DNA of 64,000 nt, from assembly GCA_027459725.1 (NCBI GenBank), contig DAIDHK010000005.1:17612-81611 (forward strand), in the 5' to 3' direction. Origin of the DNA: Candidatus Levyibacteriota bacterium. Its GTDB lineage: Bacteria; Patescibacteriota; Microgenomatia; Levybacterales; UBA12049. A model generated the notes under the pieces. That model saw only the letters and a list, made by a program, of their open reading frames with translations. It did no database searches and was not told the DNA's origin. The position numbers and the translations under genes are program-made. Positions 54,001-63,468 of the stretch are shown here, piece after piece (within the stretch, counting starts at the first letter, position 1; the number at the start of each line of letters is the position of its first letter).

Positions 54001-55669
54001 TACACCATCTAGTACTCTAAGTGATGGAAGTCATACAATGTATATACGAGCAACAGACAGCAATGGGAATACGACACCATCAAATGATTATTCCTCTGCT
54101 TCTTTTACAGTAGATACCACAGCACCTTCTGGTATCTCGCTTGACTCGCCGGGAGATGGTACTTATACCAACAATAGTAGACCAACGTATCGGTGGAAAG
54201 TAACATCTGATGCAACTAGTGGACTGTCCAAATACAAACTTGAAGTGGATTTGCCTGATGGCAATAATTTTGTCGTTGACAATATTCCTACCTCAGGTAC
54301 AAGCGATATCACGTCAAATCCAGAATATACGGTACATTTTGACGGATTTATGACCAATGATCCAACACAAGAATATATTTCAGTGACAACAAACGACAGC
54401 AATAACTGGCCAACTGGCAGTAATGACGGGCAGTTAGAAGCGGGCAGCAATACCTGGAAAATTATTGCATATGATAATGCAGGCAATACCACCACTGCCT
54501 CACGAACAATTTATTACGACACAACTGCTCCAACGATTACCGGTTTTACCTCAGGCAATGTTGGAACAGATGGTTCCTACCAACTCGTAACTGACCCCAC
54601 AACTCCCCTCACCGGAATAGTTTCAGATAATCTCATGCCAGACAAAATCACGTTTGCCATCTACAAACAGCAGCTATTACTTGGTCTTGTTACCTCCCAA
54701 AGTCTTTTTACCAATGAAACATATACCCTTCCTAATCCACATAATGATACCTCATTGACCTTCTTCTATTCTCCACAGCAAAAACTTACACCGGGATTCT
54801 ATGAAATAGATGCAACTGCGAAAGATAAAGCAGGCAACATCTCAACAAAATCTACTCTATATCTTGAATATCAACTATCCGGATTCGGTACATTCAATAT
54901 GCAGACAGGTACATTACCACAAGCTGCACTTACAACGACAGGAAATGAAGCGAAACAGGCAACATCCATTACTCCTACACCAATATCTATATCACAACCC
55001 CTTTCCATTCCGCACCTTGAACAAAGCGGACAGACAATCCGACAACAACAGGCTAATTTCTTTTCCGGACTAATAAGTGATATAACAATGTTTACTCTTA
55101 ACGCCTCGTATTCCATTTCAAGCGCAACCACCACATTGGCAAATACAGCAAAAACATTCACTCGACATACGACAATAGTATTCCTTAAACCAATTACGTA
55201 TGAAATTGGGGCAACGGAGCAAAGCGTCACGACTCATATTAAGCAAAATCAACAGAGGACAGCTTCAACCCTTGTAAAGACAGAAACTGCGATGGCACTC
55301 ACCATTACTGCAATCCAACAACCAGTCAGCCATACAGGAAATTTTTTAGACCGTGTCAAGATTGGAGCTGCAACATTTTATGAGATTGTCTTTGATCCTA
55401 TACCTACAACAATAACCAATGTTTCTATCGCAAAGATAAATAAGACAAATGCCACAATTACCTGGACGACTAACCAGTATGCAATAGGAAAAATTAATTA
55501 TGGTGAGACACTATCCTATGGACGATCGGTAAATCTTACTGCCTACACAAAAGTTCATACAGCCAAGCTTACTCATCTCAGTCCTGGAAAGAAATATTAT
55601 TTTGAAGTTATGGCACAAGGAAAAAATTATGTCTATGATTCCTACTATACATTTCAAACCAAACCATAA
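51098..55669 (+). CDS. Giant cell-surface protein (1523 aa): N-terminal TM anchor, three ~160-aa tandem repeats, Ig-like modules and a C-terminal FN3-like domain
   Basis: N-terminal TM (LAVYHILTYIFFLFIFFFIFPI). The repeats carry the recurring block SCNN.(V/I)FN.VVI...NCNLPLG.NPTV.INR...LNGTLSG.G and ATADFSSYSPFSIG. Ig-like modules: TAPSGISLDSPGDGTYT, TAPTITGFTSG. FN3-like C-terminus: ITWTTNQYAIGKINYGETLSYGRS...HLSPGKKYYFEVMAQG. Confidence 0.7.
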   Translation: MQKVLSSISQITNLVTKNTMKLAVYHILTYIFFLFIFFFIFPISTQVFAATATWTDNGGDGNWGTCSNWSGGTGTNGCPGSSDTATFGSASTANVSINSTVNVAGINITSAYTGTISQGSSTVTIGSSNYSQAGGTYTGGTGTITINGSYTLSGGTFTSSSDTTNGLSFTGNFTISGSATFNNNAGIVIFDGSTQTLSCNNIVFNKVVINQGYGGGIINVGSNCNLPLGANPTVTINRSSVTLNGTLSGSGTLTLSTSYGDYNGTLTINSTGSLSGFSGITIGSGTPGLTIAGATADFSSYSPFSIGSFTLSSGTFTGPSSMTVYGGFSITGGIFNAPTTLTFMYANTISCNNVSFNTVVISMGNNASNGLVPLTIESNCNLPLGNNPTVIINRYGLILNGTLSGTGTITFGSNLSDYDGTITFNSGGGLSGFNGVAVTNYPPTFTFAGATADFSSYSPFSIGTLNITSGTLTAPSSMTINGGFSITGGTFNPPATLTFTYADTLSCNNVSFNTVVINLGDNQSSNKGPMIVEGNCNLPLGNNPTVTINRYGLTLNGTLSGSGALTVDNNNTDNTGSLTFNSSGILSGFSGLTITGGPPFIIGGNVTVPSLTIASNSSVSNPASAYTLSITGALINSAGTTFGGTNLTTNFTGSFATLGGNITSSGPCSVTAGTLSLNGNNLSCTNLTVASNGTLQLQGGESVTTPTLNSGSTVKFTGTSGTNSYTIPSWSYSDLTIDTGGMGTNTFNAPSSLSLATFTLANGTFVAPSGSLVLTGNFVHNGGTFTNNSGTVSLTGTSQQISGSTTFHNLSKTVSNTDTLAFGAGDTQTVSGLLTLQGASGNLLSLRSTITGTQWKIDPIGTIVLSHLNIKDSDNIGSVINPNNYTDLVNSGNNTNWQFDTASPTISINSVSSYTTNTTPTITGTATDGDDTVASVQFQMDNISGSWTTCLATDSDGKFDQASVTFSCTPSSTLSDGSHTMYIRATDSNGNTTPSNDYSSASFTVDTTAPSGISLDSPGDGTYTNNSRPTYRWKVTSDATSGLSKYKLEVDLPDGNNFVVDNIPTSGTSDITSNPEYTVHFDGFMTNDPTQEYISVTTNDSNNWPTGSNDGQLEAGSNTWKIIAYDNAGNTTTASRTIYYDTTAPTITGFTSGNVGTDGSYQLVTDPTTPLTGIVSDNLMPDKITFAIYKQQLLLGLVTSQSLFTNETYTLPNPHNDTSLTFFYSPQQKLTPGFYEIDATAKDKAGNISTKSTLYLEYQLSGFGTFNMQTGTLPQAALTTTGNEAKQATSITPTPISISQPLSIPHLEQSGQTIRQQQANFFSGLISDITMFTLNASYSISSATTTLANTAKTFTRHTTIVFLKPITYEIGATEQSVTTHIKQNQQRTASTLVKTETAMALTITAIQQPVSHTGNFLDRVKIGAATFYEIVFDPIPTTITNVSIAKINKTNATITWTTNQYAIGKINYGETLSYGRSVNLTAYTKVHTAKLTHLSPGKKYYFEVMAQGKNYVYDSYYTFQTKP
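51660..52900 (+). repeat. Three tandem ~480-bp intragenic repeats inside the giant surface-protein gene
   Basis: Near-identical 48-bp cores gccggggctacagctgattt(c/t)agcagctattc(t/c)cctttttcaatcggt at 51971-52018 and 52439-52486. The protein-level repeat units are aligned 160 aa apart. Confidence 0.6.
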
Positions 55670-55724
55670 TTTAGCAAAATACACTTGAGGCAAACAAGAA
55701 AACGAGATATGCTTAAAAAGAGTT

Positions 55725-56213
55725 ATGAAAAAATTACATAGTATATTAAACAACAAAAAATACCTACAAAGTGTTTTGCTTTCAGCAACAACAATTTTAA
55801 TTTTTGTTGTCACTAGACTACCCCATATGCAAACCCTCATTTTACTCTTGACAGGTATCATGCTTGTTATCCTTATATCTTATATATATATTGCCCGACA
55901 AATGAAACGAAAAAAAACACTTAGCTTTGTCTACCTAATTATACTGACAACACTTTTACTTGTCTTCTCGACTGGCTGGTATGTGTCTCCCTTTTTCTTT
56001 TTACTATATTTGCTCTCGATTAGTTTTACTTTTCTTTTCCCACCACTGGTGACGAGAACTTTTGTACTCACACTCTCGATTCTTCTTCTCCTCACAATCG
56101 GACAAGTAGATATCTGGTATGATCTATTCATCGTGCTTTCCATACTCGTGATCATACCACTGTATCATTATTTGCAAAAAGAATATTTGCTTATTAAAGA
56201 ACAGACCAAATAG
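55725..56213 (+). CDS. Hypothetical polytopic membrane protein (4-5 TM)
   Basis: ORF only; hydrophobic. Confidence 0.4.
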   Translation: MKKLHSILNNKKYLQSVLLSATTILIFVVTRLPHMQTLILLLTGIMLVILISYIYIARQMKRKKTLSFVYLIILTTLLLVFSTGWYVSPFFFLLYLLSISFTFLFPPLVTRTFVLTLSILLLLTIGQVDIWYDLFIVLSILVIIPLYHYLQKEYLLIKEQTK

Positions 56214-56367
56214 TTATATGCTCTGCATTTTCTTTCACTAACGATAAATTGTCATATTGTAAGAGTCACAGTCCCACCCAAGTAAGTGTACCATTACGTA
56301 CAAAAAACCAGTCGAATAAAACAAAAGTAGAAGATGAGGATACTAGTAAGGTAAGGCTTGATTTAAA

Positions 56368-56625
56368 TTAATCATCCCCTCCACCGCCGCCTTCTCCTCC
56401 CACATTTACACGATATCCCGGGTGTTGAATTTGTGGAGGTATCTGCGTTGCAGTTGGCAAAAATGTCGGTCCGGCACTGAGTACTGGCGAGATTGTTGCC
56501 TGTAAATTTGTAGGTGGGACACTCTTACTATTTGAAGATAGTGTATGAGTAACCGTCTGGAGAGAACTGAAAAAAATAATTAAAGCGAAGAGAATAAATA
56601 GCGCAATAATAAGTCTGTTGTTCAT
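56368..56625 (-). CDS. Small secreted protein with a Gly-rich C-terminus
   Basis: Signal peptide MNNRLIIALFILFALIIFFSSL. ORF only. Confidence 0.3.
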   Translation of the reverse strand: MNNRLIIALFILFALIIFFSSLQTVTHTLSSNSKSVPPTNLQATISPVLSAGPTFLPTATQIPPQIQHPGYRVNVGGEGGGGGDD

Positions 56626-56647
56626 ATCTTAATAAGTATAACATAGA

Positions 56648-58243
56648 CTAGATATAGCCTGGGAAAAAATCCTTTTTAATATGTTTCGATGAAACTCCCA
56701 TCCTTAAAAGCATTTCTTCATATCCTCTTACCATTGGATGGGGACCGGATAGGTAAAAATTGCATTCCTTAAAATCAGGCGCGGCCTCTTTTATCATTTC
56801 GGGTGTAACTCTTCCCACTTTACCTGGCCAATTTTTGGGAATTGTCTGTTCATCAGTTAAAGTTAAAACCGTTTTTACTCCGGCTTTTTTTGCTTCTTGC
56901 AAAACGTCTGTGTAGGCAATCTCTGAATAATTTTTATTGGCATATAAAAGAACAATTGAACGCATTTGATGAGTATCAATAAGGTATTTAATCATACTTC
57001 TAAATGGAGTTATTCCAATACCTCCAGCCATGAAAACAAGTTTAACTTTGGGATCACTCGGCAGAGTAAAATCTCCGGCCAGGTTTCCCGCAACGATCTG
57101 GCTTTTTGCGTCAAGGTTAAGAAGAGCTTTTTTGAAACTGCTGCCTTGAGGATAAAATTTTATACCCAAATGTATATTTTCTTCAGTGGGTGAAGAAGCA
57201 ATTGTAAAGTATCTTCGGTTACCCCTACTATCCGGATCTTCATGGGGCATCGTCCATTCCATATATTGTCCGGGTAAGAAAGTAAAACGTCCTGTTGCTG
57301 TCGTAAACACAAAGTCAATAATATCCTGACCATATGATATCTTTTCTTTAATGCGCAAAAAAAGTTTTTGTTTTGGACTGACAAGATAGGAAAAAATATT
57401 GCCAGTTACAAGTGCTAGTTCAGGGGTTGAAAAAAGTGTTCCAAGGTGAATATGCGGCGAAAACAGAAAGCCAACCAGTCCTCCATAAAACATTCTCAAA
57501 TCTTTTGTCGGAGGCGTTGTAAAGGGCTCCGTGAGCATTATAAAGGCAAAAAACAGCAATGACGAGGAAAGCAGGAGGGTTTTAAAAGTAGTGAGGATAT
57601 TGGCACCATGATAAAGTGTAAAAAATGTTTCAGTGATAAATGCCACAAAAAAGAAAGTTAACACCATATCTTCTCTACGAATTTTTCTAACAATAGAAAG
57701 TCCAAAAATAACAACAAAGGGCATCATCACTGGTGTTCCAACCCACCAATTTGCTGAATCATTTAACCAAAGTGCAGTCAAGACAACTGCGATAGCAACT
57801 GGATTGAAAATATGTTTTCTATTAATTGCCAGTATGTATTTTGATGCCATTGCCAACACAGGCGCCCAGAAAAGAATCAACAGATCGTTCGTACTCCTAA
57901 ACGGAGGAACAATGAGGGCAAGGATAAGAGCTGTAATGTATGCAGACTCAACATTTGTCGGAGCGTCAAATACTTTTGAGAATATACCGTTAGTAATAAG
58001 CGAAAGAAAAAGGATAAATGCAGTCGAAAACAGAATTGATCCGGGAGAATAAGGTAAAATACCCAAAAATCCAAATATTAATGCAATGACCAAAATCCCT
58101 ATCAATTCATAGAGTACAAGACGATACATCGTAATTCTGTCAAGGATAGAATAAATAAATTTCAACATATTAGTGAGCTTGTGACAGCGCTGATGCAAGA
58201 GACTGTTGGAAAGCCTGGCTTGTATCAGATGCCCCGGATACAA
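56648..58243 (-). CDS. Membrane flavoprotein: N-terminal polytopic domain fused to a C-terminal ferredoxin-NADP reductase-like FAD/NAD(P)-binding module
   Basis: C-terminal RYFTIASSP (RxY[ST] FAD-binding motif) and MAGGIGITPFRSM (NAD(P)-binding GGxGxxP). The N-terminus has about 8 TM helices and a HIFNPVAIA segment reminiscent of RnfD/NqrB. The likely start is the Met near 58168, which avoids overlapping the upstream gene. Confidence 0.65.
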   Translation of the reverse strand: MYPGHLIQARLSNSLLHQRCHKLTNMLKFIYSILDRITMYRLVLYELIGILVIALIFGFLGILPYSPGSILFSTAFILFLSLITNGIFSKVFDAPTNVESAYITALILALIVPPFRSTNDLLILFWAPVLAMASKYILAINRKHIFNPVAIAVVLTALWLNDSANWWVGTPVMMPFVVIFGLSIVRKIRREDMVLTFFFVAFITETFFTLYHGANILTTFKTLLLSSSLLFFAFIMLTEPFTTPPTKDLRMFYGGLVGFLFSPHIHLGTLFSTPELALVTGNIFSYLVSPKQKLFLRIKEKISYGQDIIDFVFTTATGRFTFLPGQYMEWTMPHEDPDSRGNRRYFTIASSPTEENIHLGIKFYPQGSSFKKALLNLDAKSQIVAGNLAGDFTLPSDPKVKLVFMAGGIGITPFRSMIKYLIDTHQMRSIVLLYANKNYSEIAYTDVLQEAKKAGVKTVLTLTDEQTIPKNWPGKVGRVTPEMIKEAAPDFKECNFYLSGPHPMVRGYEEMLLRMGVSSKHIKKDFFPGYI

Positions 58244-58682
58244 TGTCTACTGCCGCAGATTGGGCTTGAAGGGCTTCCTGCTTCAGGTATGGCATTGCCT
58301 GTGTATTAATAGCAATGGATGTACTTCTATCATTGGGGTATTGTAAAAAAATCACATCGACTATTCGTCCCCCACTAATGACGGCTTGAACTTGGATGTT
58401 GCCATAGAATGCATCTGCAACACTTCCTGTATATGTCCCATCTTTATACTGTCCATGCGGGGTAGAAGAGTTTGTTGAACCACCTGATTGTAGAGGGGTT
58501 GGGGTTGATTGAGAGGGAGGGTTTCCAGAACCGCTTGTGGGAGGAGTTGTCATAATATTGGTTGTATTTTGTTGTGGTTGTGGTGGGATATTTAAAGGAG
58601 TACTGTTTATATCTTCCTGTCTCAAAAGTCCATTTATAATAAAAAGTCCTACCACAAACATAGAAAGCAGTATTTTTTTCAT
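58170..58682 (-). CDS. Secreted FMN-binding domain protein (FMN_bind, as in RnfG/NqrC/PplA) with a flavinylation-type motif
   Basis: Signal peptide MKKILLSMFVVGLFIINGLL, a P/T/S/Q-rich linker, then DGTYTGSVADAFYGNIQVQAVISGGRIVDV...SAAVDIVSGASDTSQAF (Dxx[ST]GA[ST] covalent-FMN motif). Confidence 0.75.
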   Translation of the reverse strand: MKKILLSMFVVGLFIINGLLRQEDINSTPLNIPPQPQQNTTNIMTTPPTSGSGNPPSQSTPTPLQSGGSTNSSTPHGQYKDGTYTGSVADAFYGNIQVQAVISGGRIVDVIFLQYPNDRSTSIAINTQAMPYLKQEALQAQSAAVDIVSGASDTSQAFQQSLASALSQAH

Positions 58683-58999
58683 AGAATTATAAATAAAGAT
58701 TTAATATAATTATACAGTTTTTTCTAAAGTAGAGATATATTTCCCGTATTCTAAATGAAAATAAATTTAATAAACCAGCAGTGTCTTTCATTTTTCACAC
58801 AATTTTTCGTTTCTCATAATGTGAAATTTACATGATGGCTATTTAAAACAGCACTAGCAACCGACTTTATGGATTTGTTCTTTATGGATCAATGTGGAGT
58901 CCAAGCTATTTGATTTCATAATTGAATTAAACAATAAGAATGCCTGCATGGCTAGTTTCTACTTTTTTTTCAATACGCTTTCAATTTCAAATATATATA

Positions 59000-59278
59000 T
59001 TAAGGATTATGATACATCTTAGTATAATTTTGAAGAATTATGCTATATGTAAGAGCATACTCAGCTAACTTCTCCTTATCATAATTTTTTAATGTGTCGA
59101 TCTTAGAAAGGATTTTTTGAATATATGGTTTCTCAAGTGATGGATTAATTTCATTTTTTCTCTTCAGTGCTTCATCTAAGAATCGAGAAGCCATAGTAAC
59201 AGAATTTCTATGATATCCAATTGCTACTCGCATGAGATCCATTACTAAAGACTCCATTGCAATTTTATTATTCTTCAT
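59000..59278 (-). CDS. Hypothetical helical protein (92 aa), downstream member of the overlapping pair
   Basis: Translationally coupled to 59275-59613; ORF only. Confidence 0.35.
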   Translation of the reverse strand: MKNNKIAMESLVMDLMRVAIGYHRNSVTMASRFLDEALKRKNEINPSLEKPYIQKILSKIDTLKNYDKEKLAEYALTYSIILQNYTKMYHNP

Positions 59279-59613
59279 AGAATGGCCCCAAAAAAGAATT
59301 TTGTTAACTCCTCATATGCTTTTCTCAACTTTTCACTCTGTATCTCATTACTCCGATTATTCTGTGTCGGTCTTATATTAATAAAGGAATTAAAATCAAT
59401 AGTTTTGGTTTCCAAATCAACACCTCCACCCCAAATATCTGCCTGAGCTGAGCCATTCTTCAAAAGAACCTCTTCAGATTCAAAATGCCTATCACAACCT
59501 GCTGAACAAATCTTCTTTTTTACATCAATAACCGTTTTAATATATGTATCAAATACTTCTTTTAATTTGATAATTTCTTGTGGGGTAAATGGCTCTTTTT
59601 TAGTAATAATCAC
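59275..59613 (-). CDS. Hypothetical protein (112 aa), upstream member of an overlapping two-gene pair
   Basis: Its stop overlaps the start of the next gene (ATGA). No motif recognised. Confidence 0.35.
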   Translation of the reverse strand: MIITKKEPFTPQEIIKLKEVFDTYIKTVIDVKKKICSAGCDRHFESEEVLLKNGSAQADIWGGGVDLETKTIDFNSFINIRPTQNNRSNEIQSEKLRKAYEELTKFFFGAIL

Positions 59614-59781
59614 AGATTTATTATATCAGAATATACATACGCGATTTTAAGATGGACTCTTAGTAAAAGTGAGAATTAAATAAAAACAATCTACCGAAAT
59701 GGGGGTAACGCATATAAATGAAATAAATATTCCGTACACTGTGATATACTTACTTCATTAATCTTTCATTGAAAGTATAGA

Positions 59782-61662
59782 ATGAGTACAAAATTATTTA
59801 AACGGATTCCTTTTTTTACTTCATTTAATACATTTTTTCTCTTCGCATCTGTTTTTGTAGTCTATCTATTTGTTTTCTTAGAACAATCCGCAAATTATCG
59901 ATTAAATGACTCACTATTCGCATTTCTAGCAGGTACCTTATTTATACTGTATTTGCTTTTCAAAGGTAAATTGACACTCCCTTTAGTTACGACAATTACC
60001 CTCGCCCTATTTCTTGTATGGCAGCTAATCACACTCTTCTTTTCTCGTGATATTGGCGTATCTCTTTGGGCAACTGCTCCAATAATAGGAGTTATGATGC
60101 TTTTTTTGATGACATATTCAATTCTCTCGCAGGAAAAATCACGTTTGCATGATTTACATATATATATAGTTAGCTTGGGTGAATTACTCGTGGTTTATGA
60201 TCTCGTAACTTTTTTACTTAACAACGGCATTGCTAATCATCAAGTCTTTGCAGGATCATTCCTCTGGCATAATCAAGCTGCCGGACTATTACTCTTTCTT
60301 ATTCCCCTCACACTAGCGTTACTGATCCGAAGACAGACTAAACAAACACTTTTTCTTTTGAGTATTTTATTTATAATAAATGTGTTTGCTCTCATTCTCA
60401 CATCATCCCGTGGTGGATGGATATCCTTAATTCTGGGTCTTTGCGTTTTCTTTATACTTACTTTCCGAAGTATGAGAAAATATGGCAAACTCCTTGCTAT
60501 ACTAACTACCATCATTTTCATACTCAGCGCGATTAGTATTCGAGGTACTCAGCTAACCCAACGACTGACAAGCATAGGAAATGAGCTTTCTTCGCAAACA
60601 CAAGATGTAAGCGCCAAAACGAGAGTTGCCGTTTGGCAAGATGCATTGACCATGATTTCGGCTTCTCCTTTGGTAGGAATGGGAACTGGAACATTTGGAA
60701 CGATGATGGAGACATATGAAACACAACCCTGGTTGTATTCAGCCAACGCCCATGATTATTTTCTTGAAATTGCAGTAGATAATGGAATACCTGCCCTGAT
60801 ATTTTTCCTAATTTTTTTGGCAAGCATCATATTACCGACTCAGAAAACCGCTATTCATTTTTTTAATAAAGCTCAGGATAATAGTGTGTTCGCAGGGTTC
60901 TTAGCAGCCTGGATTGGTGCGCTCGCTCACACGCTCATTGATATAGATTGGTCACGAATTTCTCTTTTATTACTTTTCTGGCTTTGTTGTGCTGCTCTTC
61001 TATCACTATGCAAAACATCCAAGTTTGTAGTAGAAGAAAAAGGCAAAATTTATTTAGCTTATGTTGCAGTATTATTATTTCTATTCATAACGACATTAGG
61101 AATCTTGAGTGCATCGAATTTTAACCAGGCAGCACAAGCATCAAACATAACTGAACAACAAAATTATTTGGCAGCTGCGATACAATTTGACCCTTATGAT
61201 GAGAAATACTATTTCAATCAAGCCCTGCTTCTGATCAATCAGGGGAAATGGACAGATGCGAGAGCACAACTGGTTCTGGCAAAAAAAATAAACAGCAGTG
61301 ATAGCGACATCTACTATTTGTTAGGTTATTCCTATTGTCAACAACGGCAAGAAAGTCTTTGTCAAACTTACATCAAAAAAGCGATCAGTATTTCTCCATA
61401 TAAAGATCCAACGTATTATATTTTACTGGCGAAATCATACTTGATGACTAACAATCAGATGGCTGTAAGAAAGCTTTTATCTCATGCAATTACCTACTCT
61501 TTTCCTATAAATGAAAATTTTCGGATGTACAAATATCTATATGATTATACCGGCCTGACAAAAAATCTGAAAAGTCTCTATCTCCTTCTCGCCACTCTTG
61601 ATGTACAAGGTGGTAATACCACCGCCTCTCGCCATCTGCTCGCCATCTCAAAAACACTCTAA
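59782..61662 (+). CDS. O-antigen ligase-like (Wzy_C) polytopic membrane protein with C-terminal TPR repeats
   Basis: About 12 TM helices with a large loop containing SRGGWISLILG and a His-containing loop, typical of the WaaL/O-antigen polymerase family. The C-terminal 200 aa are TPR-like (YYLLGYSYCQQRQESLCQTYIKKAISISP). Confidence 0.55.
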   Translation: MSTKLFKRIPFFTSFNTFFLFASVFVVYLFVFLEQSANYRLNDSLFAFLAGTLFILYLLFKGKLTLPLVTTITLALFLVWQLITLFFSRDIGVSLWATAPIIGVMMLFLMTYSILSQEKSRLHDLHIYIVSLGELLVVYDLVTFLLNNGIANHQVFAGSFLWHNQAAGLLLFLIPLTLALLIRRQTKQTLFLLSILFIINVFALILTSSRGGWISLILGLCVFFILTFRSMRKYGKLLAILTTIIFILSAISIRGTQLTQRLTSIGNELSSQTQDVSAKTRVAVWQDALTMISASPLVGMGTGTFGTMMETYETQPWLYSANAHDYFLEIAVDNGIPALIFFLIFLASIILPTQKTAIHFFNKAQDNSVFAGFLAAWIGALAHTLIDIDWSRISLLLLFWLCCAALLSLCKTSKFVVEEKGKIYLAYVAVLLFLFITTLGILSASNFNQAAQASNITEQQNYLAAAIQFDPYDEKYYFNQALLLINQGKWTDARAQLVLAKKINSSDSDIYYLLGYSYCQQRQESLCQTYIKKAISISPYKDPTYYILLAKSYLMTNNQMAVRKLLSHAITYSFPINENFRMYKYLYDYTGLTKNLKSLYLLLATLDVQGGNTTASRHLLAISKTL

Positions 61663-62139
61663 ATTCTTCTAGTACTAAACAGTAGTTTATGCATAAAATG
61701 ATAGATGAAGCATCGGCACCTATCTCCTTGAAAAACAAATACTATAATTATCCAATTTAGGCATCTTTGGCTCAGTCGCCACAGAAGACTTTTTCGCTTC
61801 CGAGGGAGTCGTCTGAGAAAATGTATCACTTCTTTCTACAGCCGTCTGTACTTTATCTTTCAATTCCACATCACCAGGTCCAAATTTGATTCACTCATAC
61901 TTTCACCTCTTTTTCTATATGCTACTTAGCTAAAATCCAGAATAGTAAACAAATACTCTGAGACTATAATTCCTGGATCCAAAATCATAGGTTACTCTCA
62001 TTCACAAACACATTGTTTGTTATATTAATTTAAAAACGGATTAGTAGATCCAATTCAAGACCAAATAAAATTAGCCTCTAATGATGGAAAGTATTTTTCT
62101 GACAGTTTCCGAAATATTTGCATTGTATCTGCTCCTTAT

Positions 62140-62712
62140 ATGAATTACGTATATATCACCCAATATTCCCCAACCAATTTCCCGCTATTTGGTAAATTTA
62201 TAATAATAGGCAACTATATTTACATCACATCAACTATTTTTACTTCAAGAGCAAGATTATGTATAATATGGCAGTTATATATGGAAAAAGACAAGTTAGA
62301 ATTAATAGCCTTAAATACTTTCCGACAAATGAAAGCAACAGCAGATAGCCGAGATGTGTCAATGCATCGAGCAGCAATCGACGCGGTAGATATTTTAGCG
62401 AAAGCTGAACAAAATATAACAAGAATACAAGCAAAAAATCCTATTGATTTGACTCCGGAAGCTATCACTAATTATCAACCCACGACTGTTAAACGAGTAA
62501 TATCAACATCATTAGATCGATTTACCAGATATAAGAATCGAACTTCGGAATTTGCAGCATTGTCGGTTTTTGCAGGCGCTACAGCGGGTGTTTTTGTTAG
62601 TGCGCCTGATCTTTCATCGCATGTTATAGCCACAGCTGTTATTAGTGGATATGGCATTAATACTATAGCGACATGCATTAGAACCAGAATAAAGGGATAT
62701 AGAGATAAGTAA
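62140..62712 (+). CDS. Hypothetical protein
   Basis: ORF only. Very AT-rich 5' end; lies in the accessory right-hand end of the window. Confidence 0.3.
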   Translation: MNYVYITQYSPTNFPLFGKFIIIGNYIYITSTIFTSRARLCIIWQLYMEKDKLELIALNTFRQMKATADSRDVSMHRAAIDAVDILAKAEQNITRIQAKNPIDLTPEAITNYQPTTVKRVISTSLDRFTRYKNRTSEFAALSVFAGATAGVFVSAPDLSSHVIATAVISGYGINTIATCIRTRIKGYRDK

Positions 62713-62759
62713 GTTTCTCTAAAGTAAACTGATGATTTTTTGAATAAGAGATAAATTAA

Positions 62760-63348
62760 GACACAACTTACATTGCGACCAAGATACTCATAAAAGAGCT
62801 GGGAATTCCCACAATTTGTGAAACCACCATTGCCAAGATTATCAAAAGAAGACATTTCACTTTTGAAGCCAAAGTCTACCCACAGAAACAGAAAGACAGT
62901 TTCAAGAACCTGCAAGTACGAAAATCTCCCAAGGTGAAAACCCCTGGATTTATTGAGATGGATTCAGTCGTTGTGTATGTTAACTTTGAGAAACATTTGT
63001 TTATGTGTGTAATTGATATTTACGCTAAATTTGCCCAAGTGACCTATGTTCCAAATCTGTCATCAGCAACAGCCAGAGAGGTGTTTAAAAGCTTTCAGAA
63101 AGCAAACCCAACACCAATTCATACCATGCAAACTGATAATGGCTCTGAGTTTCTTAAATCATTTAAGAGTATCTAGTGGAACAGAAAATTAAACACCAAT
63201 TCATTTATCACAGAATGCCAAAGATCAATGGTTTCATTGAGAGGTTCAATAGAACCATACAGAAAGAGTTTATCCTAAGAAGTAACGAAATCTATTATGG
63301 ACCAAGACGCATTTGCAAAAAAGATTACAGAGTATTTATACTGATATA
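62760..63348 (+). mobile_element. Degraded DDE transposase (IS481/IS3-like integrase core), frameshifted and truncated
   Basis: Frame A 62760-63176 encodes an HTH-like N-terminus (IATKILIKELGIPTICETTIAKIIKRRH) and the rve core ...GFIEMDSVVVYVN...IHTMQTDNGSEFLKSFKSI*. Frame B 63167-63348 continues with PKINGFIERFNRTIQKEFIL, the classic PQTNGxVERFNRT C-terminal motif. No intact terminal inverted repeats were found. Confidence 0.65.
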
Positions 63349-63468
63349 ACTAACAAAGGCCACATACGTCACTTAAATACATGTCGCATATGAACTTTAT
63401 TCAAACCCTCCGTACGAAAAGTACGTGACCTATACAAGAGCTATCGTTTAACCAATATTTATAGTATA

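Noticed and set aside
56648-58243. Ferric-reductase/NOX-type assignment for the membrane flavoprotein
   Set aside because: The N-terminal TM domain lacks the paired bis-heme His spacing of ferric-reductase domains. The FAD motif is FNR-type RxYS rather than NOX HPFT. It was left as a generic membrane FNR-like fusion.
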